Position numbers and translations under genes: made by a program. Of a stretch of DNA of 64,000 nucleotides, positions 26,791-41,136 are shown in pieces. Where the stretch lies: the NCBI RefSeq assembly GCF_009914755.1, contig NC_060932.1. One strand, 5' to 3'. Numbering within the stretch: the first letter of the stretch is position 1; each line of letters starts with the position of its first letter. A model generated the notes under the pieces. It ran no database searches and was not told the DNA's origin. It worked only from the letters and a program-made list of their open reading frames with translations. This stretch comes from the human T2T-CHM13v2.0 reference genome, Homo sapiens.

Positions 26791-28564
26791 AGAATGTGTA
26801 GGACACCAATGTCTGCCTGCTTGGATTTAGGAAGATAAAATATTAGAATTGTTTCCTCAATTCACAGATGTTAACATTAGTCAAACATGGCCTTCAAGTA
26901 CTTAGGTTTTTAGAAGTCTATAATCCAAGACCTTCATTCCAAGAATGAATGCTCCTTGTTTATCAGAAAACCTAAAAGTCACATTTTAGGAAGCTTAGAA
27001 GAGACACAGCTACTGGAGATGCCTACCTTGTCCTCTAAGGTCCAGTTTGGTCTCTGGTCCCTTTTGTCCTTCCTGCTTTATGGGCCACCTGGAGTGGAAC
27101 TCAGTGTGAACTTCTTTCCTCTTTATACACTAAAACCATTCTTGTGTTCAGTTAATTAACAATAAACAAACTCTGAAGCTAGAAACTCTGTCTCCTATGT
27201 ATTCGACTGTCCACATGACCTCCCCCACATACAAGGTCACGCACCCATTCTTTGTTCATCACCCAAGATTCTAGGCACAAGGTCTTGACCCAGGAGAAGC
27301 CATATCAGAGAGGGTTAATTCTGAAGCCTGCTTATCATGGCTGAAGAAATCCATGAGTATATTAAAGAGCCCAAAATTAGAAGCCAAGAATCAAAGTCAT
27401 TTCATATTTAAGGAAGGGATCTTGGAAACAAAATACTCATATTATTTCCATCTTGAAACATGTTAGCTGCTATTAGTTATAGATGTGTGAAGTGTCTAGC
27501 TATGTGCACTCATCGCTATTATAGGAAGGAAGATCTAGGTTTAATTTGAGCTATGTTAAAAACCTATAATAGCAATGGGTAACATGGGTAATGGTGGACT
27601 ATAGATAGAAATAAAGTTCAGTTAATCCTGACCTTGGACCATTTAAGCACATTACAAAACAAATACACCTTCCCAGCCATCTTTGCAGCTGAAATAGTCT
27701 GGTATTAATGCTTCTGTTGAGGCAGTCATTTTTATATAAATAAATATTTGTTTGGCAGTATAAATTATCAGGCTGGTAAAAACATGGTGGCATTCTCTAG
27801 CCTTTCATTTCTCCTTTTGAGCTTCTCTTTCCCCCGCCATCTCTTAATTCAAAGGTTCATCTCTGCCCTGAATTCCCACAGTGTACACTTTTCCTGGTGG
27901 CTTCCAGTCAATTTGCCTACAAACAATTTTCCAATGCACAGTTAGCCAAAAGGTAATTTCCTAAATGGCTACTTCTCTGAAAGCAGTTCTGTGAAAGGGA
28001 TAGTTTTTTGCAAATTGCCGTTTGGGAAAATGGTCCATGTTTCTCCCTTGATGAGTGACCTTATCCATTCAGAGTGAACTACCACTACATTCTTATGTCT
28101 CCCACATCTGTATCACTTAAATATTCAACTTGTAAGTTCCATAGATAAGTTAAAATTAATAGGTCTAAAAATCTTCTCAGTTCTTTGTTCCAAATTATTT
28201 CTCCAGTATTTTAGAGATCATTTGTCATTATAGATTCATTCATCTTCTCACCTTCCACATGCAATCAATTGTCTACCTGCTGATTTAAACCTCTTAATTA
28301 AGTAGGAGAATGAAATCCATGAAATTTGCATTTTCCATGGGTTCCTAAGTGCTTCTCAATCAATCACCTTCTCTTCATAACTGCTCTCTACCGATAGAGG
28401 TCAAATCCATTCCTTCTCTCACTACACTAAGCCGGGCCTATTACAATGAGCTTATGTTTAATCCACTTTCATCTAATTTTTCACCTCTTACATTCCTCCT
28501 CTCCTCTGCTACTAGAATGAACTACTCTCCCACACTTCAAATTATTCAGAGACTCCCTGCTGTC

Positions 28565-29200
28565 TATAGCAGAGATTCCCGAAAGTATGTTCCATGAAAC
28601 CTAAATCCTGAAAGACATTGTGTTCAAATATGTAGAGAAAGCGCTGCATGCGATATATATATATCCTCCCCTTGCAAAATCACAGTGGCCACTGACATAG
28701 CAAAAGTCCCGAAAACACTTAAGGTAAAGAAACCTGCCTACCACTGCTGTGATAGACTGAGTGTTTGTATTCTCCCAAACTCATGTGGTAAAACCTTAAG
28801 CTCTATGGGATGGTATTTGGAGGTGGGGCCTTTGGGAAGTGATTAAGTCATGAAGATGGAATACTTAAGAGTGGGGTTAGTGCCTTAAGAAGATAACTAG
28901 CGTTCCCTCTTTCTGCCATATGAGTATAAAACAAGAAGTCAGCAGTCTAAACCCAGAATTGGACCCCATCAAACCCTAACTATGCTGGCAGTCTGATCTC
29001 AAGCTTATAGCCTCCACAACTATAAGAAACAAATTTCTGTCTTTTATAAGCCACTCAGTCTATGGTTCTTTGTTATAGAAGCCCTAACTGACGAAGATAA
29101 TTGTCTAATCCAGCATATCCCTTAAGCATTTGACCAATAATCTCTTCTTTTCCAAGTATCAATTATTAACAATCAGTGGAACATATTTCGAAAATGCAGG
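28565..29200. mobile_element. hAT-Charlie-type element (MER103-like) split by a MaLR LTR
   Basis: cagagattcccgaaagtatgttccatgaaac ... gtggaacatatttcgaaaatgc TIR-like ends. Confidence 0.5.
28748..29099 (+). mobile_element. MaLR solo LTR (MST/MLT1A-like)
   Basis: tgtgatagactgagtgtttgt...ggtatttggaggtggggcctttgggaagtgatta...ttataagccactcagtctatggttctttgttatag. Confidence 0.85.
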
Positions 29201-29309
29201 CATCTGGGGATCTGAACATGCTCCGGAGTGAAGTAAAATGACTGCCCAGCCCACTGCTGCTGCTTTGATTCATGCCCCCTTTCACTCCAGAGTTTGCATT
29301 CCGGGAATC

Positions 29310-29660
29310 CTGTGGCACTTGCAGTTCCTCACAAGCAGCATGGCCCTCCTTGTGTGTCTTTGGCATGTTGCTCCATTTACCTGAAATGCCCTATTCTAAA
29401 CTCACCCCCTACTTCTACCTTCTGACTCATTCCCACTTATCTTTCAAAACATGTCTCAAGTTTCATCTCTTCTAGGAAACTTTTTCTGACCTTTCTGATC
29501 TGGCTTTGGTTTTCCTCATAATGTCCTCATATTCATCATAGCACTTATTTACTTACTTTTAACTAAAACGAATTTCCCTCATTTATGCAATCTCTTCAGA
29601 GACCAAATCATTAGTACTTAGTAAGTGCTCAAGAAATAGTTGTTGAACTGAAATAAACAG
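29310..29660 (+). mobile_element. L2 3' portion
   Basis: acctgaaatgccct...ctttcaaaacatgtctcaag...aagtgctcaagaaatagttgttgaactga. Confidence 0.55.
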
Positions 29661-30504
29661 GACCACAGTGAAGGCAATAAACGATAAAACAATGAAGTTT
29701 TTAAGAATGTATAAAATATAATCCCTCAATATTTCAAAAATCCATTTGGAAAACTGTTTTCTTTTCGAAAAAGTAGTTTATAGTATGCATCGTATTCTTT
29801 AATTAATGCCATTCCATTTATTAATGTTGTTAGTTATTTTTCATGCAATTACCCTCTCTCATTTGCATTTATATATTTCAATCATTCATATCAGATATTC
29901 AAATATTTACTCTTTATTAAGAATGAGGAAGAAAAAAAAACTGCTGAAAATATTCACTGTAGCAACTTCCTACTGTGGAAATTAGCAACACCACTTTGCA
30001 TCTTGAAATATAAATACTACCTAAAATCAATGTAAGGACGCTGAGTCTGTGTCTTTGCTTGACTTGATTTAAACAACAGCTGTTCTTCATTTTATTTGTC
30101 TCAAACCCACCAAACCTGTTTGGGCCATGAAGCAGGTCTCAGCCAAGCCTCCTATGTTTAGCTGTATATGAAAGATGACAGCTTTTCTTCTGGGTAAAAT
30201 TAACTCATGCCACATGTTTCCCCTTAAACCTCAAACCCCTTGTATTCAAGATCTAGGTTTCCAAGATCGAGCAGAGACCATTAACAAAGTTTGACATTCT
30301 TATCAATTTATTTATGGATACAGGTTGTGCCTGTAGGTATATTTATAATAAAGGTTTGAGCGAAATATTCACATTTCCAAAGTTACTTACCTCATATTAA
30401 AGAAGCTATCCCTCTCATTTACTCATTTATCATTCACCCAGTTAACAAATATATGCTGAACACCTACTATGTGCCAGGACTCTGCTGTCAGAAAGGCCAC
30501 AGTG

Positions 30505-30780
30505 GGATAATAATAGTAATAATACTACAAATAATAGCTCTATCTTGGGCATATATAATGTGTAAAGCTCCACGCTAAGTTATGTATGTGTATTATCTCA
30601 TTTGATCTTTTCAATAAGCATGTGTGCTAAGTGCATTGCTATCCCTTTTCATATATTAGGACATCAACACTTAGAGACATCGGTTCAGTACCCAAGGTCA
30701 CAGAGCTAGCAAATGGCAGAGTCACGGTTTGAATCTAGACAGTCTGTCTCCCGAGAAGCCCCTGTGCTTAGTTTCCAGGC
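30505..30780 (-). mobile_element. MIR SINE
   Basis: ataatagct...tattatctcatttgatc...cccaaggtcacagagctagcaaatggcagagtcacggtttgaatctagacagtctg. Confidence 0.8.
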
Positions 30781-31325
30781 AAAACCGCCAGGCAGTGACC
30801 ACATAATGCCACTCTACCATCAAACTTCCCACAGACATCTTCGCCTAACCACTGTCACACTGCCTTCTAAACAGCATTGATTAGGAGCCATTTCAGGAGG
30901 CTTTGAGGTGACAAAGTCTTAGAGATTCAAATTAAAATATTTTTATTTTTTCATCAAACAACTTTGGAGCATATGGTGCTGGTGAGTGTTCGATGAATAT
31001 TAACTGATTGTAGTTAATGGTAAACTGTAGTTAATGTAGTTGTACTGTGTGACCTTTGAGGTACCTTTCAACCCAGGAGATTCTGTGATTAAAGAGGTGG
31101 CTTAATCTAGTTGTGTCTAGATTCCATCTCCAGACTGTCTCTTGAAAAATCACATTTAATTCAGGCTATTTTCAAAGGCATGGACTGGACTAAGCAACAC
31201 ACTTATTTATATTTATATTAACCTAAAGAGGTTACTTTTAGATGAGAGTCCAGTTCGGTACATATTGGTCTCAACTGGTATCCTATGAGAAAATTGAAAT
31301 CAAGATTAACTATTACAGCTAACAT

Positions 31326-31460
31326 GAGCCATCGTGGTGGTGTACATCTATAGTCCCAGCTACTTGAAAGGCTGAGGCCGAAAAATTGCTTGAACCCAGG
31401 AGTTTGAGCTCAACTTGGACAATGTAGCAAAACAGTCTCTAAAAATTTTTTTTAAAAATA
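31326..31460 (+). mobile_element. FLAM free Alu monomer
   Basis: gtggtggtgtacatctatagtcccagctact...gcttgaacccaggagtttgag; monomer only. Confidence 0.8.
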
Positions 31461-31584
31461 AATCTCATGTATTAGATTGTATGGTATCATGAAAGAACAG
31501 TCAGGAAAAAGTACTAATTTATCCCATTGTATACTATATGACTTTTCTAGATAAGTAAGCTATTCCAAAATGGTGATAATAGGT

Positions 31585-31874
<290 letters not shown>

Positions 31875-32834
31875 TATAAATGGTTTTTATAGACCCAACA
31901 TACTAGAAGTTGCTTCATAAGAATGTGATCAGTGACAAAAAATGAAAGGAATTTGGTGCAATGAATTGTGGTGGATTGTGAATGTACAAAAATTGCAATT
32001 CCCTGATGTTCATCATGCATATTTCCTGCCCCATTTTATCCCCCCTGGCCCATTTAGCCATATGGTCTCCCCATAGGCCAAACAACAAGAGTGCTCAAGC
32101 AGTGTATTTCCTGGCTAATTTATTAAGATGGTTTCTTGGGTTATACAATATTCCCAAACCAAAGGCTACTCACTGGCAAGAGAAAATTATCCCTTTTTTA
32201 ATTGACAAGGAAAAAATATCTGAATGAATTCCAAGCTATTTGACCACTTTGACCTGGTCTTAGACCTTATTCACATTTCCATGAGCTCAGAGGTGAACTC
32301 CAAATCCCACTTTGGGTTTAAGTTTTGTTTAAAATACTGTTTGGTGGAAAAGAGTCATTCTTCTAGCTGTCTTGGAGTTTGAATGTCAGTAAGCTGATAA
32401 CAAGGTGCCAAGGTGATAGGTTGCTATAACACATATAATCCATGTCCATTTATGCACAGAAAAGGCTAGCTCTGAGCTTCATGGCAAGAATGGAAATGTT
32501 ATGCACCAATTTCTAGGTTCTAAATGTATCTTTTCCCCTGTGGGAAATAACATTTTTGCAAGAATTTTGGAGCTGGGTCAACCAGTGACCTGAAATTACA
32601 TTAAAGTCCAGGGTCCTTATGTTCCTTAAGGAGGCATTTACAGCAAACCAAATAAAATACAGAAGCCAGAGAAACTTGGAGCAACAATATAGCCATGCTA
32701 TAATTACTGCCATTTAAGAAAAATAAAGTTTGTGTGACTAGAATCAGAGAGTACACCAACTGTTTACGCTCCTGATGGAAATGTTCCAACTCAAATCTGC
32801 CTCGTGATTGAAAGCACTATCCCTGAGAAACATA

Positions 32835-33020
32835 GATTTTGCTTCAGTCCTGCCTCTGCCACTCACTAGGTGACCTCGGGTGTGTTACAGAAGTCTCAGT
32901 TTTCACAATTGTACCTCATAGAATTATAATGTGGTTTAAATGTGGTAATGTATTTAGAAGTTCTTGTTAACACTTGTTGGCACACAGAAAGCACTCAGAA
33001 AATATAGGCTGCTGGGTTTT
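32835..33020 (+). mobile_element. MIR SINE
   Basis: cctgcctctgccactcactaggtgacctcggg...ggcacacagaaagcactcagaaaat. Confidence 0.65.
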
Positions 33021-34330
33021 ACTCATTCAACTAAACAATTGTGAAAGGTCTACAATTATCAGGGACTAAGCTATGGGAAACAAACAAACAAAAGATGACA
33101 ATATAGTGAAAACATTGTTTTTAAGTTTTGTTCTTTAAATGTTTGTGTTCCCGGGTGTTTTTCCACAGGCCCTCCTTCCATTAATGGTTTGTAAGGTCTT
33201 CTAAAACTGAATGTTCTATCTGTAGTTTCTTCTGAATGGCTTGTAAGGCACAATGATTACTAGGTGGTTGGCTAATTTTTCTCTGCCACAGGCCAGTTCT
33301 GACATTTATGAGGCATATGCTCAACCAAAAGCAAAGGGAGGGCTCAGTAAAACTTTCTTGCACGTGAATTCTACCCTTGCTGAAATCACATCATGAACAT
33401 ATGAAAAGATTAATAGGATTAGGTGACCCTTCTGAAAGCCTGACCTCTAAAAAGTAACCTGTCTACCCACTAAGATGCCTTCATCCCGGCTGAGACTTGA
33501 CTTTCAAACCTGCTCTTGCCATCAGGAGTCAGGATCTCATCAGCACTTTATTTCTGGCCTGTCCCCACTTAGGAACTTTGTTCTGTGACTGTAAACACAG
33601 GGCAAGAGTGTCTTAGATTGCTTTAAATCTGTTTGCGTGCGTGCATGTGTGCACTTGGGTATGTGTGTGTTGAAACTTACATCCAGAAACAGTCCATCTG
33701 CAAACAACAGAAAGGAGCCTTTAAAAGTCATATGTAGAGAATTAATTAAAATGTGCCATATACATACAAAAACACAGCTACAATTAGTGGTCTTCTGTGG
33801 TAAACCAATGACATAATCATATTGTCTTCTGAACTTGATATTCTAATATTCACTGTATGTTTCAACTTGCTGTTTTACCCAAATAAAAGCTCTAAAATCT
33901 TTACTGTCTTTGGCTTATGAGTTTGTTCTCAAAAGTATTTTGAAACAAATTTTATTAAATTTTCAGTTGTGAAACAATTTTCTTTTTTAACTCTGGTTAA
34001 AATTTATCATAATTTTAATTTTCATACCATTGATAAAATCCAGCTTTGGTCTCATGAAAATGACTTTAGCTTGCTAAAGTCAACATCAGGTTACGACCTA
34101 AGGTGACTTAGGTATCAGATTTGTTTATAAAACAATTTGTCTTAAGTTCTTTTTGAAACAGGGCAAGGAAATTCTGCTTTCTTGGGTTAGAATGGCAGCT
34201 CTGTGTTACCACTAACTAATGATGGGAACCTGAACAAGTCACAATTTCTCTGGATCTCAGTTTTCTCATTCATAAAATAAGAGAATCAGACTAAATGAGT
34301 AGTAAGGCCCATTCTAGTTTTTAAGTTCTA

Positions 34331-34636
34331 TTTTTTTTTTTTTTTTTTTTTTTTGAGATGGAGTCTCACTCCGTCGCCAGGCTGGAATGCTGTGGCACGA
34401 TCTCAGCTCACTGCAACCTCTGACTCCCTGGTTGGTTCAAATGATTCTCCTGCCTCAGCCTCCTGAGTAGCTGGGATTAAGGCACGTGCCATCACGTCCA
34501 GCTAATCTTTGTATTTTTAGTAGAGACGGGGTTTCACCATGTTGACCAGGATGGTCTCGATCTCCTGACCTCATGATCTGCCTGTCTCAGCCTCCCAAAG
34601 TGCTGGGATTACAGGCATGAGCCACTGCGCCTGGCC
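34331..34636 (-). mobile_element. Alu (AluSc-like) at the 3' end of a MIR (34170-34330)
   Basis: Poly-T, full dimer, aggatggtctcgatctcctgacctc; imperfect TSD aagttcta/aaattcta. Confidence 0.93.
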
Positions 34637-34889
34637 AAATTCTATGATTCTTTGTTTCAACTAATAATATTTGAATTTTCTGAGGAATAGAAAACAAACC
34701 ACATTTTTACTTAAAAATTAATATAAGCATATATATACCTCAAGAAACTTAACCATGAATGAATATTTGAGTTTAGGTTGAGAAAAATTTTTTACAAATA
34801 CTTCTCACTGTGAGCTAAGTCCAAATAACTACCTGAGAAACTTTTTAATTGTTAAGGAACTGATTAGAAGAAATAATTCAGTAGGAAGA

Positions 34890-35420
34890 GGCAGCATGAC
34901 AATGAAGATTTTAAAATCAGAAAGATCTAGATTCACATCCTGGGTTCATGGTATCATCTTGGGTAAATCATATAATCTCCTGGGCCTTAGTTTCTTTATC
35001 TGTAAAGTGGGAATAAAATGCATCTCCTATGGCTGCTCAAAGGTTTCATGAGACACATGAAGCATATAGCATGGTGCTGACTCATGGTTAAGTATGCAGA
35101 TATTATCCACTTGATTTTCTTTTCTTATCTAGAAGTCTCTGCACTAAGAGCAAGAAATCCTGGTTTTAGTAAAAGCAAGAGTGAAATCAATAGACTGTGA
35201 ACTCTTCGAGCCTAGGAAGGCAATATTTCACAGTGGTTATCAGCATGCACTTTAGGGTCTTACAGACTTACATGTAAATTCAAGCTCCATCACTTATTAC
35301 CTTTGGGACCATAGGCAATTTATTTAAGTTCCCTCAGATGCAGTTTTTCATCCATAAATTAGTCATTGTAAGGTTTAGAAGGGAGAATGTAGCCCAGTAT
35401 CCATCACATGATAAGAACAT
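34890..35420 (+). mobile_element. Two MIR SINEs (about 34890-35100 and 35215-35420)
   Basis: MIR cores ccttagtttctttatctgtaaagtggg and cagtggttatcagcatg...gcagtttttcatccataaa. Confidence 0.65.
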
Positions 35421-37577
35421 GCTTATGTTCTTCAAACTTGATGATGACTGGACTTCCATGAATATTTCTGAAGCATACATGAGCAAATGATTATTCCTAG
35501 GTTGATGAACTAAGTCTCACCAAGTTATTAGGAACTAAGGAATTATCTTCTGGGAGCAAGGCAGGTCCTGGAATCCCACAGCTTCCTACAACAGGCATGT
35601 CATCTCAAAGACGTCTTTCTTGACATGAAGATAATGCCGTGTAAACTACTTATGTTCTTTTTTTATGAAACCAGCTAGGGACTCCTCAGGATTTTTGTGT
35701 TCAGTTAAAAAACTGCTCCTCAGTGCTTTTCATGGGTGTGCATTGTTTGTCTTCAGTCAAAGATTTTGAAAGCGGGGAGGGAGGAGGATCTGGCTAAAAA
35801 CTTTGGGAAATCTGAAATAAAGGTTATATTAGTCCCATTGGGTATTCTTGAACTGGTTGCACAAAATAGACTTTAAAAGTGTTTATTTAGATAAACATAA
35901 AAATGTTGGCAGTTCATTAGATTAAAACAGCAGGAACCATCACAAACTGACATTAGAATACTTATACTTTTCTGGGTAGCTAATCCCTAGAATAAAAAAT
36001 ACCAGGAGTTCTATTATCAGAAAATTTAAAATAAAATTATATCATTTTAGACTGTTATTTAAAAAACAACAATAATGTGTGGGCTCCCTCTGCTGGATCT
36101 TCAGACTGTGGCTACCAGAAAGGGGTTTAGTACATTATAGTTACCTAAATGATTGTATAACTCATAGTGATGAAATTAACACGAAGAAGTGGATAATTGA
36201 TTTCAAATCTACATTTTAAAAGTTGCCAAATAAAGAAGCTGAAATCAGCTGGAGCTATATTTTTCTTCAGCTTTAAAAACAGAGACTTTTTTTTGTTTTA
36301 AGTAGAAGATAGTAAATTTTTTTTAATTTTTGTAAAAGGAGGCACTGACACTCTTCAGAGAGGGGTCACTTGTGGTCCATGGTGCCTGTTGCCAGGGTAA
36401 CTATATCCTCTGTCTGTACATGTCAAGGCCAGTGGCTTCTTTTGGAGACAATCAGACTATCAGATGGAAGGAAACGGATAAAATGCAAATTATGATGTTC
36501 ATGTTGCTTCAGAAAAACTATAATGTGATTATCCTGCAAAGCAACTCAGAGAAATTTTCATCTTAACAATGAATTTCTTTTATTGTTATGTATCTCCCTA
36601 AAATAAGTATGTTCTGGTGAGTATGTAAGCACTTCATTCCCTTGCATAGTGGGCTTTTTCTACTTATTGAACTTGGAAGCAGATGTGCAGACAAAATGTT
36701 CTTTAATAAAATTAGAAATTTTCTCTTCCTAGAGTCATAAAATATTTATCCAAAACTGTATAAAAATATAACCCCTTTTAGCTTATGTAGCATTTCTGAA
36801 TAATGTTCTCTTTTTAAAAAATGCCTAATGATGCCGAATTTAGATTCTATGTTTAAAATTTGTTTGCCGAAGGAAAGCTGTGATTAGTATAAGGAATACT
36901 GAGATCCATTTTGAGAACAGCAAGGTAATGGCTGGCTTTGTTTATATAAAGAACAGAAATAGAACTTGTTGCAGAAGATTGAAATTGCATCCATTCCTTA
37001 GCTGAGTGTAGATTTTTACAGTGAGCTGTACAAAATTAAATGTATGAGTGCTCATCAATTCATGAAAAAACACAATTTAATTGTTTGAGTTTTATGGACA
37101 TTATGGTTTTATTTATTTTATTGTAAAATTTCCAAGCCCATTTAAAAAACTTTATAGGTATTGATAGTGATCCCTATATTAAACATAGTCACAAATACAT
37201 CAATATATCTAAAATTAACCTCTCATAATATATCTGGAAAGGTAACCAAAGCAATTTCTTAGAGAAAAAAGTCTCACCAAGTTATTAGCTTCCCCCATCA
37301 GTTATTAGCTTCAGGAACTAACGATAGTTCCTTATCTTGCTTTAAAAAGTCAAGCACGTATTTCCTCAAAGCTTTCATTTTCAGTTTTCTTTCTTATGAT
37401 ACATTATGTTACTGAAGATATAAAGAGCTCTCATCAAAAAGGAATGCATAGCTATTACTTCCTCTCATGTAGGTTTCCCCTTGTACCTATCTTCCAAGGA
37501 AGCTGAAGAAACTAAGAAGAAAATGTAGTAGGGGAAGATAGGAATGCACAAGGGCTGTAAACAGAGTGTCTTGTAAA

Positions 37578-37710
37578 TAGAGAGACTATACGCTACAGTT
37601 TCCCAAGGACAAGCTTGGTTTATGCCTATTTTCCTGGCATAATTATTAACAGTGCCCCATTTCATTGTAAAAAATATCTGCTTCGAGTAAGAAATTACAT
37701 GACCATCCTA
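37578..37710. mobile_element. MER94/MER81-like hAT-Blackjack element
   Basis: agagagactatacg...cctggcataattattaacagtgcccc...catgaccatccta. Confidence 0.55.
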
Positions 37711-38192
37711 TTTAAAGTCTAAGCACTTCTGCCTACATTGCCATTTGTTCTCTAGATCATCATTTCCAAATGTGCATCTACCTCAATTCTAACCCCTCCA
37801 AATATTAGTGTAAATGGAGTGATGTGGTAAACTAAATATGACAAATGCTGGATGTTATATGTAGTAGTCTTCTTGAAGAGTCTAACACATATTTACATAT
37901 TTAAGGTTGCTTGACTTTGCTTACTCCAAAAATTCCAAATTTTGGGGGTACCAGCTCCCCATATTTTTTATATATTTATTAATATAACATAACATAATAT
38001 AAAAAATCTACCCATAGTTACATGGGCTCTCAGTTCCAATTAGCATAGGATTCCTACCCGATTTCTTTATTTATTTCACTATATTCCACCTGCATAACTA
38101 AAATTGTGTGGAGACAATATCCAGGAAAATGGCAACTCCTAAGAATTTTGCTAAAGAAAATCAAGGATGCTCCAATCAAAATAAACAGTGTT

Positions 38193-38500
<308 letters not shown>

Positions 38501-38679
38501 AGTGTTTATAAAACTCACATGTAAATCATTTATTCAGAAATTAAATCTTGTTTTTCCTCTCATTTCCATTGAGTTCAGCTCTTCTTTATTGAGTGCTTAT
38601 TATGTTAAAAGTACTTGCTACGAGCTATTTTAGGATGCGTAAGATAAGTTGCTGTATCCAGGGACTTACAGTGGGTAAG

Positions 38680-38950
38680 CAGCTCCCTCCTCTCCACTCT
38701 TAATCTCATTTTCTCTGTTCTATTTTTTCCCCCACAGCACTTACTGGCTTCTACCATGCTATATAATTTTCTGATTAATTATATTTACTTTTTATTTTCT
38801 GCCTTCCCAATTAAAATGTAAATTCCTCAAGCAAATATATCTTCTGTTCTGTTCGGTAATTTATCTCAAGCACCCAAAAAGTAGTTAGCACATAGTATAT
38901 GCTTAATCAATTTTTCTTTAATGAATGAATAAATAAATGAATAAATGAAC
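38680..38950 (+). mobile_element. L2 3' end
   Basis: Ends agcacatagtatatgcttaatcaat...aatgaatgaataaataaatgaataaatgaa. Confidence 0.65.
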
Positions 38951-39313
38951 TCATTAAGGGCAGATTAGTCATGGAGCCTAGCTCAGAGTAGGTAAGTATT
39001 TTGAAAAATGAAGAAATGAAGGCATAGATGCATGAAAGTACAAGGATGTGCCTGGATCTCAGAACAGGAAATAAGACTTGGAAGTCAAGTTAGGAGCAGG
39101 TCATAGAGAACTTTGAGTGTCATGATAATGACCTAGTTACTTTTTTGTACAATTACTATGGGCCATGCACTGTGTAAGGAATAATAGCATCTTCCTTACA
39201 ACAAACTTGCCAAAAGACAAACATTATGTATCCTCTGTTTTAGATGAAAAAAAAGAATCTCATGAAGGTGAAATAATTTGTTCCATGTCATATGGAAGTT
39301 AGCAATAAAACTA

Positions 39314-39675
39314 TGTCTTAGTTTGGGCTGCTGGAACAAAGTAGTATAGACTGGGGCCTTATAAACAACTGAAAATCTTTTCTCATAGTTCTGGAGGCTG
39401 GAAGTCTGAGAATCAGAGTGCCAGCATGATCAGGTTCTGGTGCAGGCCCTCTTTTAAATTTGCAAACTGCTGACTTCTTGTTATATCCTTATACGGAGGG
39501 GAGAGGGTGAGAGAGTCTTTAGGGTCCCTTTTAGAAGGGCACTAATTCCATTCATGAGGGCTCCGCACGTATGACCTAATCACCTCCCTAGGCCCTACCT
39601 CCTAGTAGCATCACATTGGAGGATAGAATTTCAACATATAAATTTGAGGGGGACACAAACATTCAGACCATAATA
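39314..39675 (-). mobile_element. MaLR solo LTR (MLT1A/MST-like) inside a MIR
   Basis: tgtcttagtttgggctgct...agttctggaggctggaagtctgag...gggggacacaaacattcagaccata. Confidence 0.85.
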
Positions 39676-39919
39676 AGTTAGGATTCAAACTTAGTCCCCT
39701 GTGACTTACTGTTTATGTCCACCATGTTGCCTTTCTATAGGAACATCCACAAATGTATATGAGCAATGGAGTAAATTCTTTGCCTGTATCTTCACAGATC
39801 ATCACCACCACTCTGACTGATAGATTGTACAAGTAATAGGTTGGATGTGAGATAATGGTAGGAGTTGCAGTTTCAGCTCCAGAACTCAGAACTGAGGTCA
39901 GGGATATAGATTCCAGAGA

Positions 39920-40240
39920 AATGCTGTTCAAGATAGTAGCTAGTAGCCTCATGAGACTATTGAGCACTTGAAATGAAACTTGTCCAAATCAAGGTGGGCT
40001 CTAAGTATAAAGTACACACTGGATTTTAAAGACATCATATTTAAAAAAGGTTGTCAAATACTTTATATATAATGTTTTAGTTAATTACATGTTACAATGA
40101 TAGTACTGTGGGTATGTTGAGTTAAAGAAAGTATACTAAAGTTAATATCATCTGTTTCTTTTACTTTTTGTAAAGTGGTTAATAGGAAATCTAGTACTAC
40201 ATATGTGGCTTGCATTATCTCTTTGTTGGGCAGGGCTATT
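39920..40240. mobile_element. MER33/MER3-like hAT-Charlie element
   Basis: gctagtagcctcatgagactattgagcacttgaaatg ... atatgtggcttgcattat...ttgggcagggct. Confidence 0.7.
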
Positions 40241-41136
40241 CTGGTTATTCTCATTAAAAAACTCTTTAAAGTCTCAGATGCATCACAGAACTGTCAGCTT
40301 AGAGTAAGATGGCCATGTAAAGGATGTTGAGAGAAGCCTACCTTTAGAGGCTGGGTAAAAAAAGTACAGAAAGAGACTCGGGAGCAATCTGAGATGACAG
40401 TGTCAAGGAATAAATTTGGCTGCATGTGGCAGAGAGCCAGGGAAAATGAGGACAGAGAAGAGGTTGTTAGATTTACTATTAATAAGTAGGAGGCTATTTG
40501 CTCTTAATACTTTTCAGAATAGTTGTGATGGAAGCTAGTTGGGAAAAGTGGGTAGGGACAGGGTTCCACATAAAATCATTTTTAAGAAAATGCAAGATGT
40601 GAAGGTGTTTGTAAGTTTATGAAAGAAGCTAGTGGAGGGAAAGAAATTCAAGATACAACAGAAAGAAGAGATTATTGATATAGGAAGGTCTCATCACCAG
40701 TTCTTGGAAAGTAACTCACCAAGGAAAGGATTCAAAATACCTTTTCTCTGAGGCCACAGGGAAGAAAAATAATTCCAAGGATTTTACTTAATTGTGTTTC
40801 TTATCATCTCTAAGATGGAAGAAATACAGTGATAGTCTGAGAGTCAAAAGGTTGAGGCCTATTGTGAGACCCTGAAAAGTGTGAGAAAGGCTTGGAAAAG
40901 GCATAGTATCTTGTCATCACTATGGAAAAATAAAAGACTGAGGAGTGAGCAGTGAAGAGCCAGTGGGGTTTGGATAGCATAAATATTCAGGAGCATATGC
41001 TGACAAAGTGATGTTGCTTTCTCCAGCAGAGTTAAGCTTTCTGAGGCTTACCCAAGATTAGAAATGGACAAAGTAGTGTGATTGAAGCGTAAGGGGTCTT
41101 TTTGGTTGCTTGCGTGAATATAAATAAAATTGCAAA

